Below are positions 39,501 through 54,500 of a stretch of 64,000 bases of DNA, piece after piece. Origin of the DNA: Eledone cirrhosa. Taxonomy: Eukaryota. The DNA lies in contig OZ024759.1 of NCBI GenBank assembly GCA_964016885.1, forward strand, positions 6,510,001-6,574,000, given 5' to 3'. The notes below the pieces were generated by a model that searched no databases, was not told where the DNA came from, and worked only from the letters and a program-made list of their open reading frames with translations. The translations under genes and the position numbers were made by a program. Each line of letters opens with the position of its first letter. Positions within the stretch are counted from its first letter, which is position 1.

Positions 39501-42500
39501 AGACTGGTATATATGGGAGACTACTGGTCTTACACAAACCTTGGACATCATTGGTGGTGTGGAGAGGAGAGACTGGTATATATGGGAGACTACTGGTCTT
39601 ACACAAACCTTGGACATCATCGGTGGTGTGGAGAGGAGAGACTGGTATATATGGGAGACTACTGGTCTTACACAAACCTTGGACATCATCGGTGGTGTGG
39701 AGAGGAGAGACTGGTATATATGGGGGACTACTGGTCTTACATAAACCTTGGACATCATTGGTGGTGTGGAGAGGAGAGACTGGTATATATGGGAGACTAC
39801 TGGTCTTACACAAACCTTGGACATTATCAGTAGTGTAGAGAGGAGACTGGTATATATGGGAGACTACTGGTCTTACATAAACCTTGGACATCATCGGTGG
39901 TGTGGAGAGGAGACTGGTATATATGGGAGACTACTGGTCTTACACAAACCTTGGACATCATCGGTGGTGTGGAGAGGAGAGACTGGTATATATGGGAGAC
40001 TACTGGTCTTACACAAACCTTGGACATTATCAGTAGTGTAGAGAGGAGACTGGTATATATGGGAGACTACTGGTCTTACATAAACCTTGGACATCATCGG
40101 TGGTGTGGAGAGGAGACTGGTATATATGGGGGACTACTGGTCTTACATAAACCTTGGACATCATCAGTGGTGTGGAGAGGAGTCTTGTATATATGGGGGA
40201 CTACTGGTCTCACATAAACCTTGGACATCATTGGTGGTGTGGAGACGAGAGACTGGTATATCTGGGAGACTACTGGTCTTACACAAACCTTGGACATCAT
40301 CGGTGGTGTGAAGAGGAGAGACTGGTATATATGGGAGAATAATGGTCTTACACAAACCTTGGTCATCATCAGTGGTGTGGAGAGGAGAGACTGGTATATA
40401 TGGGAGACTACTGGTCTTACACAAACCTTGGACATCATCAGTGGTGTGGAGAGGAGAGACTGGTATATATGGGAGACTACTGGTCTTACACAAACCTTGG
40501 ACATCATCGGTGGTGTGGAGAGGAGAGACTGGTATATATGGGAGACTACTGGTCTTACACAAACCTTAGACATCATCGGTGGTGTGGAGAGGAGAGACTG
40601 GTATATATGGGAGATTACTGGTCTTACACAAACCTTGAACATCATCGGTGGTGTGGAGAGGGGAGACTGGTATATATGGGAGATTACTGGTCTTACACAA
40701 ACCTTGGACATCATCGGTGGTGTGGAGAGGAGAGACTGGTATATATGGGAGATTACTGGTCTTACACAAACCTTAGACATCATCGGTGGTGTGGAGAGGA
40801 GAGACTGGTATATATGGGAGACTACTGGTCTTACACAAACCTTGGTCATCATTGGTGGTGTGGAGAGGAGAGACTGGTATATATGGGAGACTACTGGTCT
40901 TACACAAACCTTGGTCATCATCGGTGGTGTGGAGAGGAGAGACTGGTATATATGGGAGACTACTGGTCTTACACAAACCTTAGACATCATCGGTGGTGTG
41001 GAGAGGAGAGACTGGTATATCTGGGAGGCTACTGGTCTTACACAAACCTTAGACATCATCGGTGGTGTGGAGAGGAGACTGCTATATATGGGAGACTACT
41101 GGTCTTACACAAACCTTGGACATCATCGGTGGTGTGGAGAGGAGAGACTGGTATATATGGGAGAGTGATGGTCTTACACAAACCTTGGACATCATCGGTG
41201 GTGTGGAGAGGAGAGACTGGTATATATGGGAGAGTAATGGTCTTACACAAACCTCGGACATCATCAGTGGTGTGGAGAGGAGAGACTGGTATATATGGGA
41301 GATTACTGGTCTTACACAAACCTTGGACATCATCGATGGTGTGGAGAGGAGAGACTGGTATATATGGGAGACTACTGGTCTTACACAAACTTTGGACATC
41401 ATCGGTGGTGTGGAAAGGAGAGACTGGTATATATGGGAGACTACTGGTCTTACACAAACCTTGGACATTATCAATGGTGTGGAGAGGAGACTGGTATATA
41501 TGGGAGACTACTGGTCTTACATAAACCTTGGACATCATTGGTGGTGGTGTGGAGAGGAGAGACTGGTATATCTTGGAGACTACTGGTCTTACGTAAACAT
41601 TGGACATCATCGGTGGTGTGGAGAGGAGAGACTAGTATATATGGGGGACTACTCGTCTTACACAAACCTTGGACATCATCGGTGGTGTGGAGAGGAGAGA
41701 CTGGTATATATGGGAGACTACTCGTCTTACACAAACCTTGGACATCATTGGTGGTGTGGAGAGGAGAGACTGGTATATATGGGAGACTACTGGTCTTACA
41801 TAAACCTTGGACATCATTGGTGGTGTGTAGAGGAGAGACTGGTATATATGGGAGACTACTGGTCTTACATAAACATTGGACATCATCGGTGGTGTGGAGA
41901 GGAGAGACTGGTATATATGGGGGACTACTGGTCTTACACAAACCTTGGACATCATTGGTGGTGTGGAGAGGAGAGACTGGTATATATGGGAGACTACTGG
42001 TCTTACACAAACCTTGGACATCATCGGTGGTGCGGAGAGGAGAGACTGGTATATATGGGAGAATACTGGCCTTACATAAACATTGGACATCATCGGTGGT
42101 GTGGAGAGGAGAGATTGGTATATATGGGAAACTACTGGTCTTACACAAACCTTGGACATCATCGGTGGTGTGGAGAGGAGAGACTGGTATATATGGGAGA
42201 CTACTGGTCTTACACAAACCTTGGACATCATTGGTGGTGTGGAGAGGAGAGACTGGTATCTATGGGAGACTACTGGTCTTACACAAACCTTGGACATCAT
42301 TGGTGGTGTGGAGAGGAGAGACTGGTATATATGGGAGACTACTGGTCTTACACAAACCTTGGACATCATCGGTGGTGTGGAGAGGAGAGACTGGTATATA
42401 TGGGAGAATACTGGTCTTACATAAACATTGGACATCATTGGCGGTGTGGAGAGGAGAGACTGGTATATATGGGAGACTACTGGTCTTACACAAACCTTGG

Positions 42501-45500
42501 ACATCATTGGTGGTGTGGAGAGGAGAGACTGGTATATATGGGAGACTACTGGTCTTACACAAACCTTGGACATCATTGGTGGTGTGGAGAGGAGAGACTG
42601 GTATATATGGGAGACTACTGGTCTTACACAAACCTTGGACATCATTGGTGGTGTGGAGAGGAGAGACTGGTATATCTGGGAGACTACTGGTCTTACATAA
42701 ACATTGGACATCATCGGTGGTGTGGAGAGGAGAGACTGGTATATATGGGAGACTACTGGTCTTACACAAACCTTGGACATCATCGGTGGTGTGGAGAGCA
42801 GACTGGTATATATGGGGGACTACTGGTCTTACACAAACATTGGACATCATCGGTGGTGTGGAGAGGAGAGACTGGTATATATGGGAGACTACTGGTCTTA
42901 CATAAACATTGGACATCATCGATGGTGTGGAGAGGAGAGACTGGTATATATGGGAGACTACTGGTCTTACACAAACCTTGGACATCATCAGTGGTGTGGA
43001 GAGGAGAGACTGGTATATATGGGAGACTACTGGTCTTACATAAACCTTGGACATCATTGGTGGTGTGTAGAGGAGAGACTGGTATATATAGGAGACTACT
43101 GGTCTTACACAAACCTTAGACATCATCGATGTTGTGGAGAGGAGAGACTGGTATATATGGGAGACTACTGGTCTTACACAAACCTTGGACATTATCAGTC
43201 GTGTAGAGAGGAGACTGGTATATATGGGAGACTACTGGTCTTACATAAAACTTGGACATCATCGGTGGTGTGGAGAGGAGACTGGTATATATGGGAGACT
43301 ACTGGTCTTACACAAACTTTGGACATCATCGGTGGTGTGGAGAGGAGAGACTGGTATATATGGGAGACTACTGGTCTTACATAAACCTTGGACATCATCA
43401 GTGGTGTGGAGAGGAGACTGGTATATATGGGAGACTACTGGTCTTACATAAACCTTGGACATCATTGGTGGTGTGGAGAGGAGAGACTGGTATATCTGGG
43501 AGACTACTGGTCTTACATAAACATTGGACATCATCGGTGGTGTGGAGAGGAGAGACTGGTATATATGGGAGACTACTGGTCTTACATAAACATTGGACAT
43601 CATCGGTGGTGTGGAGAGGAGAGACTGGTATATACGGGGGACTACTGGTCTTACACAAACCATGGACATCATCGGTGGTGCGGAGAGGAGAGACTGGTAT
43701 ATATGGGAGAATACTGGCCTTACATAAACATTGGACATCATCGGTGGTGTGGAGAGGAGAGATTGGTATATATGGGAAACTACTGGTCTTACACAAACCT
43801 TGGACATCATTGGTGGTGTGGAGAGGAGAGACTGGTATATATGGGAGACTACTGGTCTTACACAAACCTTGGACATCATTGGTGGTGTGGAGAGGAGAGA
43901 CTGGTATATATGGGAGACTACTGGTCTTAAATAAACCTTGGACATCATTGGTGGTGTGGAGAGGAGAGACTGGTATATATGGGAGAATACTGGCCTTACA
44001 TAAACCTTGGACATCATCAGTTGTGTGGAGAGGAGTCTTGTATATATGGGGGACTACTGGTCTTACATAAACCTTGGACATCATCAGTGGTGTGGAGAGG
44101 AGTCTTGTATATATGGGGGAGTACTGGTCTCACATAAACCTTGGACATCATTGGTGGTGTGGAGACGAGAGACTGGTATATCTGGGAGACTACTGGTCTT
44201 ACACAAACCTTGGACATCATCGGTGGTGTGAAGAGGAGAGACTGGTATATATGGGAGAATAATGGTCTTACACAAACCTTGGTCATCATCAGTGGTGTGG
44301 AGAGGAGAGACTGGTATATATGGGAGACTACTGGTCTTACACAAACCTTGGACATCATCAGTGGTGTGGAGAGGAGAGACTGGTATATATTGGAGACTAC
44401 TGGTCTTACACAAACTTTGGACATCATCGGTGGTGTGGAGAGGAGAGACTGGTATATATGGGAGACTACTGGTCTTACACAAACCTTAGACATCATCGGT
44501 GGTGTGGAGAGGAGAGACTGGTATATATGGGAGACTACTGGTCTTACACAAACCTTGGACATCATTGGTGGTGTGGAGAGGAGAGACTGGTATATATGGG
44601 AGACTACTGGTCTTACACAAACCTTAGACATCATCGGTGGTGTGGAGAGGAGAGACTGGTATATATGGGAGACTACTGGTCTTACACAAACCTTGGACAT
44701 CATCGGTGGTGTGGAGAGGAGACACTGGTATATATGGGAGACTACTGGTCTTACACAAACCTTAGACATCATCGGTGGTGTGGAGAGGAGAGACTGGTAT
44801 ATATGGGAGACTACTGGTCTTACACAAACCTTGGACATCATCGGTGGTGTGGAGAGGAGAGACTGGTATATATGGGAGAGTGATGGTCTTACACAAACCT
44901 TGGACATCATCGGTGGTGTGGAGAGGAGAGACTGGTAAAAATGGGAGAGTAATGGTCTTACACAAACCTCGGACATCATCAGCGGTGTGGAGAGGAGAGA
45001 CTGGTATATATGGGAGACTACTGGTCTTACACAAACCTTGGACATCATCAGTGGTGTAGAGAGGAGAGACTGGTATATATGGGAGACTGCTGGTCTTAGA
45101 CAAACCTTGGACATCATTGGTGGTGTGGAGAGGATAGACTGGTATATATGGGAGACTACTGCTCTTACACAAACCTTGGACATCATCGATGGTGTGGAGA
45201 GGAGAGACTGGTATATATGGGAGACTAGTGGTCTGACACAAACTTTGGACATCATCGGTGGTGTGGAAAGGAGAGACTAGTATCTATGGGAGACTACTGG
45301 TCTTACACAAACCTTGGACATCATTGGTGGTGTGGAGAGGAGAGACTGGTATATATGGGAGACTACTGGTCTTACACAAACCTTAGACATCATCGGTGGT
45401 GTGGAGAGGAGAGACTGGTATATATGGGAGAATACTGGTTTTACATAAACATTGGACATCATCGGTGGTGTGGAGAGGAGAGACTGGTATATCTGGGAGA

Positions 45501-48500
45501 CTACTCGTCTTACATAAACATTGGACATCATTGGCGGTGTGGAGAGGAGAGACTGGTATATATGGGAGACTACTGGTCTCACACAAACCTTGGACATCAT
45601 CAGTGGTGTGGAGAGGAGAGACTGGTATATATGGTAGACTACTGGTCTTACACAAACCTTAGACATCATCGGTGGTGTGGAGAGGAGAGACTGGTATATA
45701 TGGGAGAATACTGGTCTTACATAAACATTGGACATCATCGGTGGTGTGGAGAGGAGAGACTGGTATATATGGGAGACTACTGGTCTTACATAAACATTGG
45801 ACATCATCGGTGGTGTGGAGAGGAGAGACTGGTATATATGGGGGACTACTGGTCTTACACAAACCTTGGACATCATCGGTGGTGCGGAGAGGAGAGTCTG
45901 GTATATATGGGAGAATACTGGCCTTACATAAACATTGGACATCATCGGTGGTGTGGAGAGGAGAGATTGGTATATATGGGAAACTACTGGTCTTACACAA
46001 ACCTTGGACATCATCGGTGGTGTGGAGAGGAGAGACTGGTATATATGGGAGACTACTGGTCTTACATAAACCTTGGACAAGATTGGTGGTGTCGAGAGGA
46101 GAGACTGGTATATATGGGAGACTACTGGTCTTACACAAACCTTGGACATCATTGGTGGTGTGGAGAGGAGAGACTGGTATATATGGGAGACTACTGGTCT
46201 TACATAAACCTTGGACATCATTGGTGGTGTGGAGAGAAGAGACTGGTATATCTGGGGGACTACTGGTCTTACACAAACCTTGGACATCATCGGTGGTGTG
46301 GAGAGCAGACTGGTATATATGGGGGACTACTGGTCTTACACAAACCTTGGACATCATCAATGGTGTGGAGAGGAGAGACTGGTATATATGGGAGACTACT
46401 CGTCTTACATAAACCTTGGACATCATTGGTGGTGTGGAGAGGAGAGACTGGTATATATGGGAGACTACTGGTCTTACATAAACCTTGGACATCATTGGTG
46501 GTGTGTAGAGGAGAGACTGGTATATATAGGAGACTACTGGTCTTACACAAACCTTGGACATCATCGGTGGTGTGGGGAGGAGAGACTGGTATATATGGGG
46601 GACTACTGGTCTTACACAAACCTTAGACATCATCGATGGTGTGGAGAGGAGAGACTGGTATATATGGGAGACTACTGGTCTTACATAAACCTTGGACATC
46701 ATCAGTGGCGTGGAGAGGAGAGACTGGTATATATGGGAGACTACTGGTCTTACCAAACCTTGGACATTATCAGTCGTGTAGAGAGGAGACTGGTATATAT
46801 GGGAGACTACTGGTCTTACATAAACCTTGGACATCATCGGTGGTGTGGAGAGGAAACTGGTATATATGGGAGACTACTGGTCTTACACAAACTTTGGACA
46901 TCATCGGTGGTGTGGAGAGGAGAGACTGGTATATATGGGAGACTACTGGTCTTACATAAACCTTGGACATCATCAGTGGTGTGGAGAGGAGACTGGTATA
47001 TATGGGAGACTACTGGTCTTACATAAACCTTGGACATCATTGGTGGTGTGGAGAGGAGAGACTGGTATATCTGGGAGACTACTGGTCTTACATAAACATT
47101 GGACATCATCGGTGGTGTGGAGAGGAGAGACTGGTATATATGGGAGACTACTGGTCTTACATAAACATTGGACATCATCGGTGGTGTGGAGAGGAGAGAT
47201 TGGTATATATGGGAAACTACTGGTCTTACACAAACCTTGGACATCATTGGTGGTGTGGAGAGGAGAGACTGGTATATATGGGAGACTACTGGTCTTACAT
47301 AAACCTTGGACAAGATTGGTGGTGTGGAGAGGAGAGACTGGTATCTATGGGAGACTACTGGTCTTACACAAACCTTGGACATCATTGGTGGTGTGGAGAG
47401 GAGAGACTGGTATATATGGGAGACTACTGGTCTTACACAAACCTTGGACATCATCGGTGGTGTGGAGAGGAGAGACTGGTATATATGGGAGAATACTGGT
47501 CTTACATAAACATTGGACATCATCGGTGGTGTGGAGAGGAGAGACTGGTATATATGGGAGACTACTGGTCTTACACAAACCTTGGACATCATCGGTGGTG
47601 TGGAGAGGAGAGACTGGTATATCTGGGAGACTACTGGTCTTACATAAACATTGGACATCATTGGCGGTGTGGAGAGGAGAGGCTGGTATATATGGGAGAC
47701 TACTGATCTTACACAAACTTTGGACATCATCGGTGGTGTGGAGAGGAGAGACTGGTATATATGGGAGAATACTGGTCTTACACAAACCTTGGACATCATT
47801 GGTGGTGTGGAGAGGAGAGACTGGTATATCTGGGAGACTACTGGTCTTACATAAACATTGGACATCATCGGTGGTGTGGAGAGGAGAGACTGGTATATAT
47901 GGGAGACTACTGGTCTTACACAAACCTTGGACATCATCGGTGGTGTGGAGAGCAGACTGGTATATATGGGGGACTACTGGTCTTACACAAACATTGGACA
48001 TCATCGGTGGTGTGGAGAGGAGGGACTGGTATATATGGGAGACTACTGGTCTTACACAAACCTTGGACATCATCAGTGGTGTGGAGAGGAGAGACTGGTA
48101 TATATGGGAGACTACTCGTCTTACATAAACCTTGGACATCATCGGTGGTGTGGAGAGGAGGGACTGGTATATATGGGAGACTACTGGTCTTACATAAACA
48201 TTGGACATCATCGATGGTGTGGAGAGGAGAGACTGGTATATATGGGGGACTACTGGTCTTACACCAGCCTTGGACATCATCGGTGGTGTGGAGAGGAGAC
48301 TGCTATATATGGGAGACTACTGGTCTTACATAAACCTTGGACATCATTGGTGGTGTGGAGAGGAGAGACTGGTATATCTGGGAGACTACTGGTCTTACAT
48401 AAACATTGGACATCATCGGTGGTGTGGAGAGGAGAGACTGGTATATATGGGAGACTACTGGTCTTACATAAACATTGGACATCATCGGTGGTGTGGAGAG

Positions 48501-51500
48501 GAGAGATTGGTATATATGGGAAACTACTGGTCTTACACAAACCTTGGACATCATTGGTGGTGTGGAGAGGAGAGACTGGTATATATGGGAGACTACTGGT
48601 CTTACATAAACCTTGGACAAGATTGGTGGTGTGGAGAAGGAGAGACTGGTATCTATGGGAGACTACTGGTCTTACACAAACCTTGGACATCATTGGTGGT
48701 GTGGAGAGGAGAGACTGGTATATATGGGAGACTACTGGTCTTACACAAACCTTGGACATCATCGGTGGTGTGGAGAGGAGAGACTGGTATATATGGGAGA
48801 CTACTGGTCTTACACAAACCTTGGACATCATCGGTGGTGTGGAGAGGAGAGACTGGTATATATGGGAGAATACTGGTCTTACATAAACATTGGACATCAT
48901 CGGTGGTGTGGAGAGGAGAGACTGGTATATCTGGGAGACTACTGGTCTTACATAAACATTGGACATCATTGGCGGTGTGGAGAGGAGAGACTGGTATATA
49001 TGGGAGACTACTGATCTTACACAAACTTTGGACATCATCGGTGGTGTGGAGAGGAGAGACTGGTATATATGGGAGAATACTGGTCTTACACAAACCTTGG
49101 ACATCATTGGTGGTGTGGAGAGGAGAGACTGGTATATCTGGGAGACTACTGGTCTTACATAAACATTGGACATCATCGGTGGTGTGGAGAGGAGAGACTG
49201 GTATATATGGGAGACTACTGGTCTTACACAAACCTTGGACATCATCGGTGGTGTGGAGAGCAGACTGGTATATATGGGGGACTATGGTCTTACACAAACA
49301 TTGGACATCATCGGTGGTGTGGAGAGGAGGGACTGGTATATATGGGAGACTACTGGTCTTACATAAACATTGGACATCATCGATGGTGTGGAGAGGAGAG
49401 ACTGGTATATATGGGAGACTACTGGTCTTACACAAACCTTGGACATCATCAGTGGTGTGGAGAGGAGAGACTGGTATATATGGGAGACTACTGGTCTTAC
49501 ATAAACCTTGGACATCATTGGTGGTGTGTAGAGGAGAGACTGGTATATATAGGAGACTACTGGTCTTACACAAACCTTAGACATCATCGATGGTGTGGAG
49601 AGGAGAGACTGGTATATATGGGAGACTACTGGTCTTACACAAACCTTAGACATCATCGGTGGTGTGGAGAGGAGAGACTGGTATATATGGGGGACTACTG
49701 GTCTTACACAAACCTTAGACATCATCGGTGGTGTGGAGAGGAGAGACTGGTATATATGGGGGACTACTGGTCTTACACAAACCTTGGACATTATCAGTCG
49801 TGTAGAGAGGAGACTGGTATATATGGGAGACTACTGGTCTTACATAAACCTTGGACATCATCGGTGGTGTGGAGAGGAGAGACTGGTATATATGGGAGAC
49901 TACTGGTCTTACATAAACCTTGGACATCATCAGTGGTGTGGAGAGGAGACTGGTATATATGGGAGACTACTGGTCTTACATAAACCTTGGACATCATTGG
50001 TGGTGTGGAGAGGAGAGACTGGTATATCTGGGAGACTACTGGTCTTACATAAACATTGGACATCATCTGTGGTGTGGAGAGGAGAGACTGGTATATATGG
50101 GAGACTACTGGTCTTACATAAACATTGGACATCATCGGTGGTGTGGAGAGGAGAGACTGGTATATATGGGGGACTACTTGTCTTACATAAACCTTGGGCA
50201 TCATCAGTGGTGTGGAGAGGAGAGACTGGTATATATGGGAGACTACTGGTCTTACACAAACCTTGGACATCATTGGTGGTGTGGAGAGGAGAGACTGGTA
50301 TATATGGGAGACTACTGATCTTACACAAACCTTGGACATCATCGGTGGTGTGGAGAGGAGAGACTGGTATATATGGGGGACTACTGGTCTTACACAAACC
50401 TTGGACATCATCGGTGGTGTGGAGAGGAGAGACTGGTATATATGGGAGACTACTGTTCTTACACAAACCTTGGACATCATCGGTGGTGTGGAGAGGAGAG
50501 AATGGTATATATGGGAGACTACTGGTCTTACACAAACCTTGGACATAATTGGTGGTGTGGAGAGGAGAGTCTGGTATATATGGGAGACTACTGGTTTTAC
50601 ACAAACCTTGGACATCATCAGTGGTGTGGAGAGGAGAGACTGGTATATATGGGAGACTACTGGTCTTACATAAACATTGGACATCATCGGTGGTGTGGAG
50701 AGGAGAGACTGGTATATATGGGAGACTACTGGTCTTACATAAACCTTGGACATCATCGGTGGTGTGGAGAGGAGAGACTGGTATATATGGGAGACTACTG
50801 GTCTTACATAAACCTTTGACATCATCGGTGGTGTGGAGAGGAGAGACTGGTATATATGGGAGACTACTGGTCTTACATAAACCTTGGACATCATCGGTGG
50901 TGTGGAGAGGAGAGACTGGTATATATGGGAGACTACTGGTCTTACATAAACCTTGGACATTATCAGTGGTGTGGAGAGGAGAGACTGGTATATATGGGAG
51001 ACTACTGGTCATACACAAACCTTGGACATCATCGGTGGTGTGCAGAGGAGACTGGTATATATGGGAGATTACTGGTCTTACATAAACCTTGGACATCATT
51101 GGTGGTGTGGAGAGGAGAGACTGGTATATCTGGGAGACTACTGTCTTACACAAACCTTGGACATCATCGGTGGTGTGGAGAGGAGAGACTGGTATATATG
51201 GGAGACTACTGTTCTTACACAAACCTTGGACATCATCGGTGGTGTGGAGAGGAGAGACTGGTATATATGGGAGACTACTGTTCTTACACAAACCTTGGAC
51301 ATCATCGGTGCTGTGGAGAGGAGAGACTGGTATATATGGGAGACTACTGTTCTTACACAAACCTTGGACATCATCGGTGGTGTGGAGAGGAGAGACTGGT
51401 ATATATGGGAGACTACTGTTCTTACACAAACCTTGGACATCATCGGTGCTGTGGAGAGGAGAGACTGGTATATATGGGAGACTACTGTTCTTACACAAAC

Positions 51501-54500
51501 CTTGGACATCATCGGTGGTGTGGAGAGGAGAGACTGGTATATATGGGAGACTACTGGTCTTACACAAACCTTGGACATCATCGGTGGTGTGGAGAGGAGA
51601 GACTGGTATATATGGGAGACTACTGGTCTTACACAAACCTTGGACATCATTGGTGGTTTGGAGAGGAGAGACTGGTATATATGGGAGACTACTGGTCTTA
51701 CACAAACCTTGGACATTATCAGTGGTGTGGAGAGGAGACAGGTATATATGGGAGACTACTGGTCTTACAAAAACCTTGGACATCGTCGCTGGTGTGGAGA
51801 GGAGAGATTGGTATATATGGGAGACTACTGGCCTTACACAAACCTTGGACATCATTGGTGGTGTGGAGAGGAGACAGGTATATATGGGAGACTACTGGTC
51901 TTACAAAAACCTTGGACATCGTCGCTGGTGTGGAGAGGAGAGATTGGTATATATGGGAGACTACTGGTCTTACACAAACCTTGGACATCATTGGTGGTGT
52001 GGAGAGGAGAGACAGGTATATATGGGAGACTACTGGTCTTACACAAACCTTGGACATCATCAGTGGTGTGGAGAGGAGAGACTGGTATATATGGGAGACT
52101 ACTGGTCTTACATAAACCTTGGACATCGTCGTGTGTGTGGAGAGGAGAGACTGGTATATATGGGGGACTACTGGTCTCACATAAACCTTGGACATCATTG
52201 GTGGTGTGGAGAGGAGAGACTGGTATATATGGGGGACTACTGGTCTTACACAAACCTTGGACATCATCGGTGGTGTGGAGAGGAGAGACTGGTATATATG
52301 GGGGACTACTGGTCTTACACAAACCTTGGACATCATTGGTGGTGTGGAGAGGAGAGACTGGTATATATGGGAGACTACTGGTCTTACACAAACCTTGGAC
52401 ATTATCAGTGGTGTGGAGAGGAGACTGGTATATATGGGAGATTACTGGTCTTACATAAACCTTGGACATCATTGGTGGTGTGGAGAGGAGAGACTGGTAT
52501 ATCTGGGAGACTACTGTTCTTACACAAACCTTGGACATCATCGGTGGTGTTGAGAGGAGAGACTGGTATATATGGGAGACTACTGTTCTTACACAAACGT
52601 TGGACATCATCGGTGGTGTGGAGAGGAGAGACTGGTATATATGGGAGACTACTGTTCTTACACAAACCTTGGACATCATCGGTGGTGTGGAGAGGAGAGA
52701 CTGGTATATATGGGAGACTACTGTTCTTACACAAACCTTGGACATCATCGGTGGTGTGGAGAGGAGAGACTGGTATATATGGGAGACTACTGTTCTTACA
52801 CAAACCTTGGACATCATCGGTGGTGTGGAGAGGAGAGAATGGTATATATGGGAGACTACTGGTCTTACACAAACCTTGGACATAATTGGTGGTGTGGAGA
52901 GGAGAGACTGGTATATATGGGAGACTACTGGTTTTACACAAACCTTGGACATCATCAGTGGTGTGGAGAGGAGAGACTGGTATATATGGGAGACTACTGG
53001 TCTTACATAAACCTTGGACATCATCGGTGGTGTGGAGAGGAGAGACTGGTATATATGGGAGACTACTGGTCTTACATAAACCTTGGACATCATCGGTGGT
53101 GTGGAGAGGAGAGACTGGTATATATGGGAGACTACTGGTCTTACATAAACCTTGGACATCATCGGTGGTGTGGAGAGGAGAGACTGGTATATATGGGAGA
53201 CTACTGGTCTTACATAAACCTTGGACATTATCAGTGGTGTGGAGAGGAGAGACTGGTATATATGGGAGACTACTGGTCTTACACAAACCTTGGACATCAT
53301 CGGTGGTGTGCAGAGGAGACTGGTATATATGGGAGATTACTGGTCTTACATAAACCTTGGACATCATTGGTGGTGTGGAGAGGAGAGACTGGTATATCTG
53401 GGAGACTACTGTCTTACACAAACCTTGGACATCATCGGTGGTGTGGAGAGGAGAGACTGGTATATATGGGAGACTACTGTTCTTACACAAACCTTGGACA
53501 TCATCGGTGGTGTGGAGAGGAGAGACTGGTATATATGGGAGACTACTGTTCTTACACAAACCTTGGACATCATCGGTGCTGTGGAGAGGAGAGACTGGTA
53601 TATATGGGAGACTACTGTTCTTACACAAACCTTGGACATCATCGGTGGTGTGGAGAGGAGAGACTGGTATATATGGGAGACTACTGTTCTTACACAAACC
53701 TTGGACATCGTCGGTGGTGTGGAGAGGAGAGACTGGTATATATGGGAGACTACTGGTCTTACACAAACCTTGGACATCATTGGTGGTTTGGAGAGGAGAG
53801 ACTGGTATATATGGGAGACTACTGGTCTTACACAAACCTTGGACATTATCAGTGGTGTGGAGAGGAGACAGGTATATATGGGAGACTACTGGTCTTACAA
53901 AAACCTTGGACATCGTCGCTGGTGTGGAGAGGAGAGATTGGTATATATGGGAGACTACTGGTCTTACACAAACCTTGGACATTATCAGTCGTGTAGAGAG
54001 GAGACTGGTATATATGGGAGACTACTGGTCTTACATAAACCTTGGACATCATCGGTGGTGTGGAGAGGAGAGACTGGTATATATGGGAGACTACTGGTCT
54101 TACATAAACCTTGGACATCATCAGTGGTGTGGAGAGGAGACTGGTATATATGGGAGACTACTGGTCTTACATAAACCTTGGACATCATTGGTGGTGTGGA
54201 GAGGAGAGACTGGTATATCTGGGAGACTACTGGTCTTACATAAACATTGGACATCATCGGTGGTGTGGAGAGGAGAGACTGGTATATATGGGAGACTACT
54301 GGTCTTACATAAACATTGGACATCATCGGTGGTGTGGAGAGGAGAGACTGGTATATATGGGGGACTACCGGTCTTACACAAACCTTGGACATCATCGGTG
54401 GTGTGGAGAGGAGAGACTGGTATATATGGGAGACTACTGGTCTTACACAAACCTTGGACATCATCGGTGGTGTGGAGAGGAGAGACTGGTATATATGGGA